64,000 bases of DNA, from positions 4,423 to 68,422 of the forward strand of contig CAZWRN010000003.1 in NCBI GenBank assembly GCA_964636275.1, read 5' to 3'. Of this stretch, positions 12,160 through 21,424 are shown in pieces. A program made the position numbers and the translations under genes. The number at the start of each line of letters is the position of its first letter. The stretch's first letter is position 1. The notes beneath the pieces are model-generated. The model ran no database searches. It had not been told where the DNA came from and saw only the letters and a program-made list of their open reading frames with translations. The stretch comes from an uncultured Gammaproteobacteria bacterium. Its GTDB lineage: Bacteria > Patescibacteriota > Microgenomatia > Daviesbacterales > UBA10151.

Positions 12160-13869
12160 ATGGATGAATCACAATTATCGGTCGCTGACATACTGACCAA
12201 TCAAGGGATACTGAGCAAGGATCAACTATCTCAGATCAAGCTGGAAAGTATCAACTCCAATATTCCTCAGGAGAAAATTTTGCACGATCGGGCACTCGCC
12301 TCTCCACAGCAAATAGCCCAAGCCAAAGCTCAAATCATGGGTATTCCTTACATCGAACTAGAGGGTATGGATAGTGCAGGTATATCACCGGAGGTGCTCA
12401 ATTTGATCCCGGAACAGGTTGCCCGCAGATACAAACTTATCCCTTTTAAATCTGAAGGTGATGTCTTATCAGTTGCTATGGCCGATCCACTGGATTTACA
12501 GGTAACTCAATTTTTGGAGAAAAAAACTAATCATCGAGTCAAACGCTTCTATGCCTTAGAAGATGATATCCAAAAATCAATTTACAATCAGTACTCACAA
12601 AACCTCACAACCGATGTCGAATCAGCTCTTAAAGAGGTATCTATCCAAACAACAGATGAGAAAAAAGCTTCAGATTTAGACCAAACTGAGGTGATTCGTG
12701 AAGCGCCTGTGGCAAATATTGTAACTCAGCTTTTAGAATATGCCGTTAAATCAAAAGCTTCGGATATTCATATTGAACCAGAGGAAAATCAAACCCGTGT
12801 CCGATATCGAATAGACGGCATACTGCATGAAAAAATTCTGCTACCCAAAAAAGTTCATGATGCGGTGATATCGCGAATCAAAATCATGTCAAATTTGAAA
12901 ATAGATGAACGTCGTTTACCTCAGGATGGAAGATTTAGTTTCACTGCTCGTAACACCAGTTTTGATCTTCGGGTATCCTCCTTACCAACTGTTTTTGGCG
13001 AAAAAGTTGTGATGCGACTTTTACCAAAAGCCGATACACCACCAACGTTACAGGATCTAGGATTAAGGGCAACTGCACTTAAAACACTCGAAACGCAATT
13101 AACCAGGACACACGGTATTATTTTAATCTGCGGACCAACTGGATCAGGTAAAACTACAACATTGTATTCCGTTCTTTCACGCCTCTCCACTACTAAAGTC
13201 AACATTCTGACAGTAGAAGATCCTGTTGAGTATCACATCATGGGGGCCAACCAAGTACAGGTTAATCCTTCAATTGGGCTGACTTTTGCCTCCGCTTTGC
13301 GATCATTCTTGCGCCAAGACCCCAACGTAATATTGGTAGGTGAGATTCGGGATGCTGAAACAGCCGATCTAGCTGTCCAGGCTGCTTTAACTGGACACCA
13401 GGTTTTTTCTACCCTCCATACCAATACTGCAGCCGGTGCGTTACCGCGTCTTTTAGATATGGGGATTGAACCTTTCTTAATCGCGTCATCGGTTAATGCT
13501 ATCCAGGGGCAACGAATTTTAAGAAAAATTTGTGATCACTGTAAATATCCTTATAATCCACTTCCTGAGATAATACAGAGTATTCAATACGTCTTAGGAC
13601 CATTATTAACCAAAAAAAGCTTTCAACTATATAAAGGAAAAGGCTGTAATGAATGCGGCAATTTAGGCTATCAGGGTCGGGTCGGTATTTTTGAAGTTTT
13701 ACCAGTTTCAGAAAAAATCATGCGCCTAATATTGGAGCGAGCATCTGCAGCAGAAATAGAAAAACAGGCGGTTGCTGAAGGGATGATCACTATGAAACAA
13801 GACGGGTATTTGAAAGTCTTAGATGGCCTCACATCTATCGAAGAGGTACTTCGTGTAGCCCAAGACTAG
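12160..13869 (+). CDS. pilB: type IV pilus assembly ATPase PilB (GspE family)
   Basis: N-terminal T2SSE_N-like domain, Walker A GPTGSGKTTT, and the tetracysteine (CDHC...CNEC) motif. Confidence 0.9.
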   Translation: MDESQLSVADILTNQGILSKDQLSQIKLESINSNIPQEKILHDRALASPQQIAQAKAQIMGIPYIELEGMDSAGISPEVLNLIPEQVARRYKLIPFKSEGDVLSVAMADPLDLQVTQFLEKKTNHRVKRFYALEDDIQKSIYNQYSQNLTTDVESALKEVSIQTTDEKKASDLDQTEVIREAPVANIVTQLLEYAVKSKASDIHIEPEENQTRVRYRIDGILHEKILLPKKVHDAVISRIKIMSNLKIDERRLPQDGRFSFTARNTSFDLRVSSLPTVFGEKVVMRLLPKADTPPTLQDLGLRATALKTLETQLTRTHGIILICGPTGSGKTTTLYSVLSRLSTTKVNILTVEDPVEYHIMGANQVQVNPSIGLTFASALRSFLRQDPNVILVGEIRDAETADLAVQAALTGHQVFSTLHTNTAAGALPRLLDMGIEPFLIASSVNAIQGQRILRKICDHCKYPYNPLPEIIQSIQYVLGPLLTKKSFQLYKGKGCNECGNLGYQGRVGIFEVLPVSEKIMRLILERASAAEIEKQAVAEGMITMKQDGYLKVLDGLTSIEEVLRVAQD

Positions 13870-13920
13870 GTGACAGCAAGTTTAATCTACTTGCTCCATC
13901 TATTGAAAAAAATAATAAAA

Positions 13921-14988
13921 ATGTTGACAACTATCTATCAGTTATTACAGCTTACAATTGAAAGAAATGCTTCAGATTTGCATTTGATTGTGGGTAATCA
14001 ACCAACACTTCGAATAAATGGAGAGTTGATACCTGTTCAATCAACTGAAAAATTAACCAATAAATCTATCGAAGAGTTGTTTTTCCCCCTTCTGACACCT
14101 ACCCAAAAGCAAATCATGATTGATACTTGGGAGCTTGATATGGGTTTAGATTATGAAGATAAAGCCCGATTCAGAGTCAATATTTATCGTCAAAGAAACA
14201 GTTGGGCTGTAGCTTTTCGTCTAATTCCTCGAAAGATTCGTTCACTCGAAGAAACTGGACTTCCGGCTGTAGTTGGCAAACTGACCGAAATCAAACAGGG
14301 TTTAGTGCTGGTCACAGGGCCTACCGGACATGGAAAATCAACCACGCTCGCCTCTTTTACAAATACGATTAACTTAAACAGAGCAGCCCATATTGTGACC
14401 GTTGAAGATCCAATTGAATATGTATACCCTCAAGGTAAGTCTCTAATCTCCCAAAGAGAGCTCAATATCGACACTAAATCGTGGGGGAACGCATTAAAAG
14501 CTGCTCTTAGGGAGGACCCGGATGTGGTACTAATTGGCGAGATGCGAGATTTAGAGACTATTCAGGCAGCCTTAACCATTGCTGAAACAGGACATTTGGT
14601 TTTTGCCACTTTACATACCAATTCTGCTTCTCAGTCAATTGATCGTATTATTGATGTTTTTCCACCACTCCAACAATCACAAATTAGATTGCAACTGGGA
14701 TCTGTGCTGGAAGCAATTATTTCTCAAAGATTAATTCCCACCATTGAGCCTGGAAGAGCTTTAGCTTACGAAATATTATTCTCCAACTCAGCAGTTAAAG
14801 CTCAAATTAGAGAAGATAAAACATACATGCTGGACAATTTAATTCAGACTTCAGCAGAAGGTGGAATGATAAGTTTGGAATCATGTCTCGCAACTTTGGT
14901 TAGAGAAGGAAAGGTTACCACCGAAATGGCTGTTAATTATGCAGCACATCCAGAAGTCCTCAATAAATTATTACGTATAGGAAACTAA
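13921..14988 (+). CDS. pilT: twitching-motility retraction ATPase PilT
   Basis: ASDLHL N-terminal motif and GPTGHGKST Walker A. The ATG at 13921 was chosen over the GTG at 13870 given by the ORF track. Confidence 0.85.
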   Translation: MLTTIYQLLQLTIERNASDLHLIVGNQPTLRINGELIPVQSTEKLTNKSIEELFFPLLTPTQKQIMIDTWELDMGLDYEDKARFRVNIYRQRNSWAVAFRLIPRKIRSLEETGLPAVVGKLTEIKQGLVLVTGPTGHGKSTTLASFTNTINLNRAAHIVTVEDPIEYVYPQGKSLISQRELNIDTKSWGNALKAALREDPDVVLIGEMRDLETIQAALTIAETGHLVFATLHTNSASQSIDRIIDVFPPLQQSQIRLQLGSVLEAIISQRLIPTIEPGRALAYEILFSNSAVKAQIREDKTYMLDNLIQTSAEGGMISLESCLATLVREGKVTTEMAVNYAAHPEVLNKLLRIGN

Positions 14989-14989
14989 T

Positions 14990-16198
14990 ATGCCTCTTTT
15001 TATATATAACGCGAGAGATCTTGGTGGGGTTGATCACAAAGGAACTATCGAAACCACTGACTCTTCAGGAGTTGCTCGCATTCTCAGCAAAAAAGGGCTA
15101 ATTGTCACCTCAATTAAAGAAAAAAAAGAAACAAATCTAAAATTTTTTGAGAAATACTTCAATAAAGTTGCTTTCGAAGATGTGGTGGTTGCTACAAGAC
15201 AACTAGCCACCATGATTGAATCTGGATTGGTTTTGTCTGAGGCAATGGATATATTAGTAGAGCAACAATCAAATAAAAAATTAAAAACTGCACTTGAAGA
15301 GATATCACGTGACATAAAAAATGGTCTCGATTTGACATCGGCGATAAAAAAACATCCAGATATTTTTCCTCCTTTGTACGGAAATTTGATCAAATCCGCC
15401 GAACAAGCTGGAAACCTAGATGTAGTTTTAGTTCAAATGGCCGATAATATGGAGAAAGAACGAGAATTTCGTAGCAAAGTTCGTGGTGCAATGATATATC
15501 CACTGATTATTTTTTTAATGATGGGTGCTGTTATGGCCATTATGGTATTTTTCGTAATACCTCGTCTAACCTCATTGTATTCACAGTCAAATATTGATTT
15601 ACCCCTACCAACTAAAATACTCATTGGAATCTCTGATTTCGCCCTTAGCTTTTGGTGGGTTATGGTCTTGATGGTAATTGCAATCGCATTTGGATTAAAC
15701 AGATTATTATCAAATCCAGAAGGAAAATATATATTTGATGCCTTTTTACTTAAAGTCCCAGTGGTGGGTAAAATTATCAGAGGCACTGTTCTGACCAACT
15801 TTACTCGCACTTTTGGACAACTATCTTCAGCCGGTGTACCTATTTTAGAAGCTTTACAGACAATCAAGGATATTACCTCAAACAGAGTTTACAAAAAAGC
15901 GCTAGAGGATACATATTCAGGAGTAGAAAGAGGTTTAACTTTTTCCGCTCAGCTGGATGCGGTAGGAGTTTTTCCTAAAATTATTTCTCAAATGTTTAAA
16001 GTCGGTGAAGAAACTGGAAAAATTGATAAAGTAGCTTTTAAGTTAGCTGACTATTTTGAATCTGAGGTCGATAATATGCTTAAAAATCTAACAGTCTTAA
16101 TCGAACCAATTGTTTTAGTTGTTTTGGGTGTGGGAGTTGGATTTATCGTCCTCTCAGTCATATTACCAATTTACAAGCTCACGACCTCATTTTCTTAA
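14990..16198 (+). CDS. pilC: type IV pilus inner-membrane platform protein PilC (GspF family)
   Basis: Two GspF repeats and three TM segments; 402 aa. Confidence 0.85.
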   Translation: MPLFIYNARDLGGVDHKGTIETTDSSGVARILSKKGLIVTSIKEKKETNLKFFEKYFNKVAFEDVVVATRQLATMIESGLVLSEAMDILVEQQSNKKLKTALEEISRDIKNGLDLTSAIKKHPDIFPPLYGNLIKSAEQAGNLDVVLVQMADNMEKEREFRSKVRGAMIYPLIIFLMMGAVMAIMVFFVIPRLTSLYSQSNIDLPLPTKILIGISDFALSFWWVMVLMVIAIAFGLNRLLSNPEGKYIFDAFLLKVPVVGKIIRGTVLTNFTRTFGQLSSAGVPILEALQTIKDITSNRVYKKALEDTYSGVERGLTFSAQLDAVGVFPKIISQMFKVGEETGKIDKVAFKLADYFESEVDNMLKNLTVLIEPIVLVVLGVGVGFIVLSVILPIYKLTTSFS

Positions 16199-16254
16199 AT
16201 AACTTTCTGCTTGACTCCATACCTGACTTTGTGTCTATATTAAGGCACTACAAA

Positions 16255-17154
16255 ATGGAACGTATAATTTTTGGCCTTGTTTTCGGACTAGTAATTGGCA
16301 GCTTTATTGACTGCATTGCAAACCGTTCATTCACAAAACAATCTTTTTTAGGCCGGTCATTTTGTGACCACTGCAAAAAAACCTTGCCATGGTACACACT
16401 AATACCTGTAATTTCATTTTTGTTTTTACGCGGTAAATGCCATTCATGTAAAGAAAGAATTAGTCCTGAGTCTACACTAGTTGAAATAATTATTGGTCTT
16501 TTAACGGCCTTTATTTTATTTACCTACCTGCCACTTGGCTTTTCATCTTTGCAGTGGGAAGCCCAGTTAATTATTGTATTAGATATTTTGTTCAAACTTT
16601 TTGCCATATATATCTTTTCAATTGTATTTATAACAGATATCAAAAGCGGACTAATACCTGACCGAATCACATACCCGGCAATTATAATTGCGGCCGTTTA
16701 CCTAATTACTAGCACCGCGTTTAAAACTGGGGTGTTTTATTTGTCGCTAAAAAACAGCCAACTTGGCCAGTATCTACTTCCCCCTCATTCAGATTATTTT
16801 TATCGGCATGTGATGAGTTTAATTGAAACAGTCGGCTGGACATTTGCATCAGGTATCGGGGTTGGGTTATTTTTTCTTATTTTAATTTTAGTAACCAAAG
16901 GTCGAGGTATGGGAGGTGGAGATATGAAACTGGGAATATTCATAGGTTTAATTCTTGGTTTTCCAAATTCAGTTGCTGCCATAATGCTGGCCTTCTTACT
17001 GGGTTCTGTATTCGGTATCGTTTTAATTCTTTCTCGAGTCAAAAAATTTGGCCAAACAATCCCATTTGGTCCTTTTTTATCTCTTGCCTCAGTCGTAACA
17101 ATTTTATGGGGAGATCAAATAATCAATTGGTACTTAAATTTTCGACTCTTTTAA
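16255..17154 (+). CDS. pilD: prepilin peptidase (A24 family) PilD
   Basis: N-terminal CxxC...CxxC zinc motif (CDHCKK ... CHSCKE) and a polytopic membrane domain. The ATG at 16255 was preferred over the GTG at 16231. Confidence 0.85.
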   Translation: MERIIFGLVFGLVIGSFIDCIANRSFTKQSFLGRSFCDHCKKTLPWYTLIPVISFLFLRGKCHSCKERISPESTLVEIIIGLLTAFILFTYLPLGFSSLQWEAQLIIVLDILFKLFAIYIFSIVFITDIKSGLIPDRITYPAIIIAAVYLITSTAFKTGVFYLSLKNSQLGQYLLPPHSDYFYRHVMSLIETVGWTFASGIGVGLFFLILILVTKGRGMGGGDMKLGIFIGLILGFPNSVAAIMLAFLLGSVFGIVLILSRVKKFGQTIPFGPFLSLASVVTILWGDQIINWYLNFRLF

Positions 17155-17161
17155 TCCACTC

Positions 17162-17191
17162 ATTGACCCCTTGAAAGAAAACTTTTTATAA
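17162..17191 (+). promoter_or_regulatory. internal promoter TTGACC-N18-TATAAT immediately upstream of the major pilin gene
   Basis: Near-consensus hexamers. Only ~13 nt lie between the -10 element and the pilin ATG and there is no Shine-Dalgarno sequence, so the transcript would be near-leaderless. Confidence 0.4.
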
Positions 17192-17204
17192 TGAAATTAC
17201 AACC

Positions 17205-17741
17205 ATGAAGAAAACAGGTGGATTTACTCTGATAGAGATCATGATCACAATCGCAATTGTGGCAATTACTTTTGGTGTAATTATTACTTCAGCCAGTAGT
17301 GTCAGAAAAAGTGGTCGAGACGGCCAAAGGCAAGCAGATCTACTTTCTTTAAAGTCGGCACTTCAACAATTTTATGCAGATCAAAATTATTTTCCAAACA
17401 ATGCAGGTACTACGACTAGTACAGACATAACTTCATGGACATCACTCACCAACTGTACGGGAGCTCCTACAAATCCCGCATGCACAGTGTCCAAAACATA
17501 TTTACAAACAATTCCAGTTGATCCTTCGGGTGTGACTTATAAATACAAACCTAAATTAGATGGTACTACTACCAACACAGCTTCACAATGCAATGGAACA
17601 ACCAATACCAATCAGTGCCACTACTATATACTTTGTGCAGATATGGAAGGAAATACCCCTCAATCTTCCAGTCAAAATAGCGCCTGTACTGATTCAACGA
17701 ATGGTTTTGGTTCAACCTACAATTACCAGGCTAACCCCTAG
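17205..17741 (+). CDS. type IVa major pilin (prepilin leader MKKTGG|FTLIEIM)
   Basis: Class III signal peptide with G-1/F+1/E+5. The C-terminal domain is Ser/Thr/Asn-rich and has 6 Cys. It sits first in the pilin array and has its own promoter. Confidence 0.8.
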   Translation: MKKTGGFTLIEIMITIAIVAITFGVIITSASSVRKSGRDGQRQADLLSLKSALQQFYADQNYFPNNAGTTTSTDITSWTSLTNCTGAPTNPACTVSKTYLQTIPVDPSGVTYKYKPKLDGTTTNTASQCNGTTNTNQCHYYILCADMEGNTPQSSSQNSACTDSTNGFGSTYNYQANP

Positions 17742-17777
17742 TTCACTTTAGCTTCACTTTATGGTACCGTTTAACTA

Positions 17778-18344
17778 ATGTCCAAATGGTTTTTACCCTT
17801 TTCTACAAAGTTAAACACTCAGTTAGGATTAACACTAATTGAGATCCTTATTGCTATTGTTATCATCAGTCTGATCGGAATAACTTTTTTTCCAAATTTA
17901 AGAAAGTTTAATAGTGATCAACAGTACCGAAATGAGTTAAGCAATTTAAAAAGTTCTATTGAAAGTTCTAAAAATATGTTTAGTTCGGGGACTTACTGTA
18001 CTACTGCTAAACCATCGACGGGTTGGTCTGTCGTAATCAGTATTACATCCAATATTCCCACTTCATTCAATCAAAAAGGTTCATGTATCACATCAGCAGG
18101 GGTGACTACAACTGAAAGTATTAACACCAATCCACTTAGTAATTTAACTTTGCAAAGTTCAAGTTGTGCATCTCCTGTTACCTCTATTGAAATGAAGTTT
18201 GATAAAAATGGATTTAGCTATGCTTGCAATGGAAGTAGTACTTTTATTGCAGGTACATTTAGTATGCAACTACAAAATAAAAATAACACTTCTCAAATTT
18301 CAACAATTTCTATTAATACGTCCGGGACTATCAGTCAAAATTAA
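17778..18344 (+). CDS. minor pilin (prepilin-type, long 17-aa leader, GLTLIEIL)
   Basis: Class III signal motif followed by a hydrophobic helix. Confidence 0.6.
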   Translation: MSKWFLPFSTKLNTQLGLTLIEILIAIVIISLIGITFFPNLRKFNSDQQYRNELSNLKSSIESSKNMFSSGTYCTTAKPSTGWSVVISITSNIPTSFNQKGSCITSAGVTTTESINTNPLSNLTLQSSSCASPVTSIEMKFDKNGFSYACNGSSTFIAGTFSMQLQNKNNTSQISTISINTSGTISQN

Positions 18345-18347
18345 AAC

Positions 18348-18881
18348 ATGAAAGAAGCTGGCCAAACCTTAATTGAACTTATTATCTCAATTGCACTTAT
18401 CCTGATTATCATCACTGGGGTTACAATCCTAACGGTAAAAGGCTTACAAAACAGTCAGTTTTCCCGCAATCAGGTTCAGGCCACCAAACTAGCTCAGGAA
18501 GGAATTGAAAAAATGCGAACCATTAGAGATAACAATTATACAGTTTGTGGATGGTCAGCGAGCGCTAACGCAGTAGCTCCAAATGGACTCTGGAGTGCTG
18601 CTTGTCCCACAGCTTGCAGATACACCATTGAACAAACTTCTGGGACCTGTAATAGTACAATCACCTCATCTTTGTGGATCAAATACACTGCTAGTTCAAC
18701 TACTGTTGAAAATATACCAGTTGGCGGAGTGACATTTAAAAGGTATGTTCTGGTGAATAATGCCAACGACTTGTCTGGAACAGCCTCAACCAATATTAAA
18801 AATATCGATGTAGTTGTTTCTTGGACCGATTCCTCCGGAACTCATGAATCAAAAGTGTCTACAGTCTTAACCAAAATATGA
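18348..18881 (+). CDS. minor pilin (AGQ|TLIELI, atypical +1 residue)
   Basis: Prepilin-like N-terminus with E+5. Confidence 0.55.
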   Translation: MKEAGQTLIELIISIALILIIITGVTILTVKGLQNSQFSRNQVQATKLAQEGIEKMRTIRDNNYTVCGWSASANAVAPNGLWSAACPTACRYTIEQTSGTCNSTITSSLWIKYTASSTTVENIPVGGVTFKRYVLVNNANDLSGTASTNIKNIDVVVSWTDSSGTHESKVSTVLTKI

Positions 18882-19498
18882 TGAAAAAAAGTACCGGTTT
18901 TTCACTAATAGAAGTTCTTGTAACAGTCACAATACTGACCATCATTGGGGTTGCCATATCAACTATTGTGACCAGATCTTTTCAAGGTAACAGTAAAACT
19001 GAACTAATAGGTAATGTTAAACAAAATGGTCAAGCCGCACTTGCTATAATGGAAAAAGACATCAGGGAAAGTGATACTGTCGTCTGTCCAATATCTGGTA
19101 CATCCAATTTAATAACTGTTTTAACTAAAAACCAAGGGATATATATCCGGTTTACGATGGTTCCAGAAGCAAATAATACAAATGGGGCCATTTATAAAGA
19201 TACCTTTACCTTTCAATTTCTACCCGCCAGCCCTGATAAACTTTGTGATCTCAATGTGTTCGCTCTCAATAATCAAGGAACTCAAACAGCTTTGATTGAT
19301 TTTAATTCAAAATCGGGAATATCACTTAAAAATGTTTCGGGCAATGGATTTACTGTGGTTAAAAATGCCGGATTTAAAGATACAGTTAAAGTTCAGTTTG
19401 ACCTTGGTCCTTCAACTACCAATCCGGCAAATTTTGAAGACTCATTAGGCGGAGCAAATAATTCGATTCCATTTCAAACAACCATACAGGTAAGATGA
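18878..19498 (+). CDS. minor pilin (STG|FSLIEVL)
   Basis: Canonical prepilin motif. There is a 4-nt overlap with the genes on either side. Confidence 0.7.
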   Translation: MMKKSTGFSLIEVLVTVTILTIIGVAISTIVTRSFQGNSKTELIGNVKQNGQAALAIMEKDIRESDTVVCPISGTSNLITVLTKNQGIYIRFTMVPEANNTNGAIYKDTFTFQFLPASPDKLCDLNVFALNNQGTQTALIDFNSKSGISLKNVSGNGFTVVKNAGFKDTVKVQFDLGPSTTNPANFEDSLGGANNSIPFQTTIQVR

Positions 19499-20430
19499 AA
19501 AACAACCAGTCAGGACAAATAATTGTGGTCTTATTACTAGTTATGCTAGTTGTACTTTCAGTTGTTTTGGCTATTACCCAACGTTCAACAACTGATTTGT
19601 CATCATCTACTGAAACTGAACAATCAACCAGAGCATATTCAGCAGCAGAAGCTGGTCTGGAACAAGCTTTACAAAGAGGAACCACTAATCCAGGAGCATC
19701 CCCCATTGCTTCTCAAACATTCAACCTATCAGGTAATTCATCTTCAGCCACTATCGTTAATTCAGGATTACTACCAGTCGCTGGAAGTCAGATTGCTATT
19801 GAATATCCACCCGTAGGCAGAGAGTCAATTGCTCAGTTTTGGCTAGTAGATGCTACTACTCCAGCCAATAACTATAACCGCAATACTTATGCTATCTACT
19901 TCGGAAATCCTACTTCTATAAAAGCTTATGATGATGCAGCTGGAGCCGGATCTCAAAACATTACCCCAGCGATTGAGGTTACTACGGTAAAACAAACGAC
20001 CAATGGATCAGCAGTCACTTATGAAACTCAAAAAAATTTCTATGACGCTCTTGCATCTCGAGCAGTTACAAATAAATTTGTTACCACCACATCCCCCTCG
20101 ACACCTCTTACATGTGGAGGACAAACAGTAGCAACAATTTTGAAAAACTCTAGCGAATTTCTCTGTCGGGTCAATGTCACAATTTTAAACTGTGATTTAT
20201 CAAATTGTGTACCACAATTGGTAAGAGTTCGTTTACTTTATGGTAATGTAAATCACAAAATAGCACTGGCCCCAGCTAGTGGTGCTTCACTGCCGCCTCA
20301 AGTTGAGCTATATACCTCAACGGGCAAAGCAGGTCAAAGTATTAAAACTTTACAAGTTTTTCGAATTAAAGATATGCTCCCCCCCTGGCTCGATTTTGCT
20401 ATTTTTTCTGTCAATGACATTGTGAAATGA
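19495..20430 (+). CDS. PilX/GspK-like minor pilin lacking Glu+5 (SGQIIVV)
   Basis: Pilin-like N-terminal helix without E5, and a PilX_N-like AEAGLEQAL segment; 311 aa. Confidence 0.5.
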   Translation: MKNNQSGQIIVVLLLVMLVVLSVVLAITQRSTTDLSSSTETEQSTRAYSAAEAGLEQALQRGTTNPGASPIASQTFNLSGNSSSATIVNSGLLPVAGSQIAIEYPPVGRESIAQFWLVDATTPANNYNRNTYAIYFGNPTSIKAYDDAAGAGSQNITPAIEVTTVKQTTNGSAVTYETQKNFYDALASRAVTNKFVTTTSPSTPLTCGGQTVATILKNSSEFLCRVNVTILNCDLSNCVPQLVRVRLLYGNVNHKIALAPASGASLPPQVELYTSTGKAGQSIKTLQVFRIKDMLPPWLDFAIFSVNDIVK

Positions 20431-20843
20431 AAAAAATAATTGGCTTCAACTACAATAGAGGGTTTTCTTTAATTGAGCTTTTATTAGTCATTTTAGTGGC
20501 TGGGATGGTTTTAGTTACCTTAACCAATCTGACTCCAGTATTTAATCTGCTTCAAAATAGCAGTCGTGAAAATATTGCGCGCCAAATAGTATCAAAAAGG
20601 ATAGAAGATATTCGTACCCAGGGTTATGATAATTTAGCAAATGGGACAAACACTTTTACTGACACCCGACTTACTCAATTGCCTCAAGCAAATGCAGCTA
20701 CCACTATTGAAGACTGTCCAACAGATATTTGCATTCATAGTGAACCAATCAAAAAAGTAACAATCCAGGTAGATTGGGTTGAAAACGATAAATCTCAGAG
20801 TTTTAGTATTACTACTTTAGTCTCTAAAGGGGGTATTCGATGA
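20427..20843 (+). CDS. minor pilin (RG|FSLIELL)
   Basis: Prepilin motif; 138 aa. Confidence 0.65.
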   Translation: MKKIIGFNYNRGFSLIELLLVILVAGMVLVTLTNLTPVFNLLQNSSRENIARQIVSKRIEDIRTQGYDNLANGTNTFTDTRLTQLPQANAATTIEDCPTDICIHSEPIKKVTIQVDWVENDKSQSFSITTLVSKGGIR

Positions 20844-21424
20844 CTCGAAAACTACAAAAAGGATTTACTTTAATTGAGATTTTGATAGTTATGGCGTGTT
20901 CTGCAATCATTGGTACAATTTTAGTAACAATTTTAGTTCAGGGGAGCTCTATTTTTAGTGATCAAACCACCAAAGTAAATCAAAATCTTTCACTCAATAG
21001 TGCTAGCAATCAAATAGATCAAACTGTCCAATATGCTTCTCAAATATCAGCTAATTACATCGACGGATCTACTACCTACACCACCAGTGACAAAGTATTA
21101 ATTGGTAAACTTCCTGCTATTGATTCCTCAGGTAATGTTATTGAAAGTAAATTTGACACATTTATACTGATGCAAGATCCGGTAAACAGCGCCTATTTAA
21201 AAAAGCTGATTATTCCTGATCTTTTAAGTAGCAGAAAAAGTGAAGATATGACTTTACTAAACCAAATGACCTTTCTGCAATTTGTATATCTCAACGATAG
21301 TGCGGTGGTAACTACCCCTCAAACCGCTTCAAAAATAGATTTTGTTATTAAAGTGGCCGAAAAATCCGGTAACGGTATCAAAGAAAGCTCCATTAGCGGG
21401 CGAATAAATTTAAAAAATATATGA
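20840..21424 (+). CDS. minor pilin (KG|FTLIEIL)
   Basis: Prepilin motif; 194 aa. Confidence 0.7.
   Translation: MTRKLQKGFTLIEILIVMACSAIIGTILVTILVQGSSIFSDQTTKVNQNLSLNSASNQIDQTVQYASQISANYIDGSTTYTTSDKVLIGKLPAIDSSGNVIESKFDTFILMQDPVNSAYLKKLIIPDLLSSRKSEDMTLLNQMTFLQFVYLNDSAVVTTPQTASKIDFVIKVAEKSGNGIKESSISGRINLKNI

Noticed and set aside
12921-13424. Antisense ORFs inside pilB. The same applies to similar antisense or embedded ORFs at 830-1296 (eno), 7402-7587 (murC), 10013-10261 (gyrB), 15034-15867 (pilC), 16800-17042 (pilD), 35218-37203 (RND), 38777-39061 (MFP), 43076-44035 (atpA), 45615-45898 (atpD), 50009-50542 (SulP), 53325-53600, 60717-60935, 61438-61830 and 62457-62672.
   Set aside because: These are shadow ORFs within well-supported conserved genes. 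No independent evidence supports them.
13870-13920. GTG start for pilT directly after the pilB stop codon.
   Set aside because: It is possible, but the ATG at 13921 yields the canonical PilT N-terminus. Kept as an alternative start.
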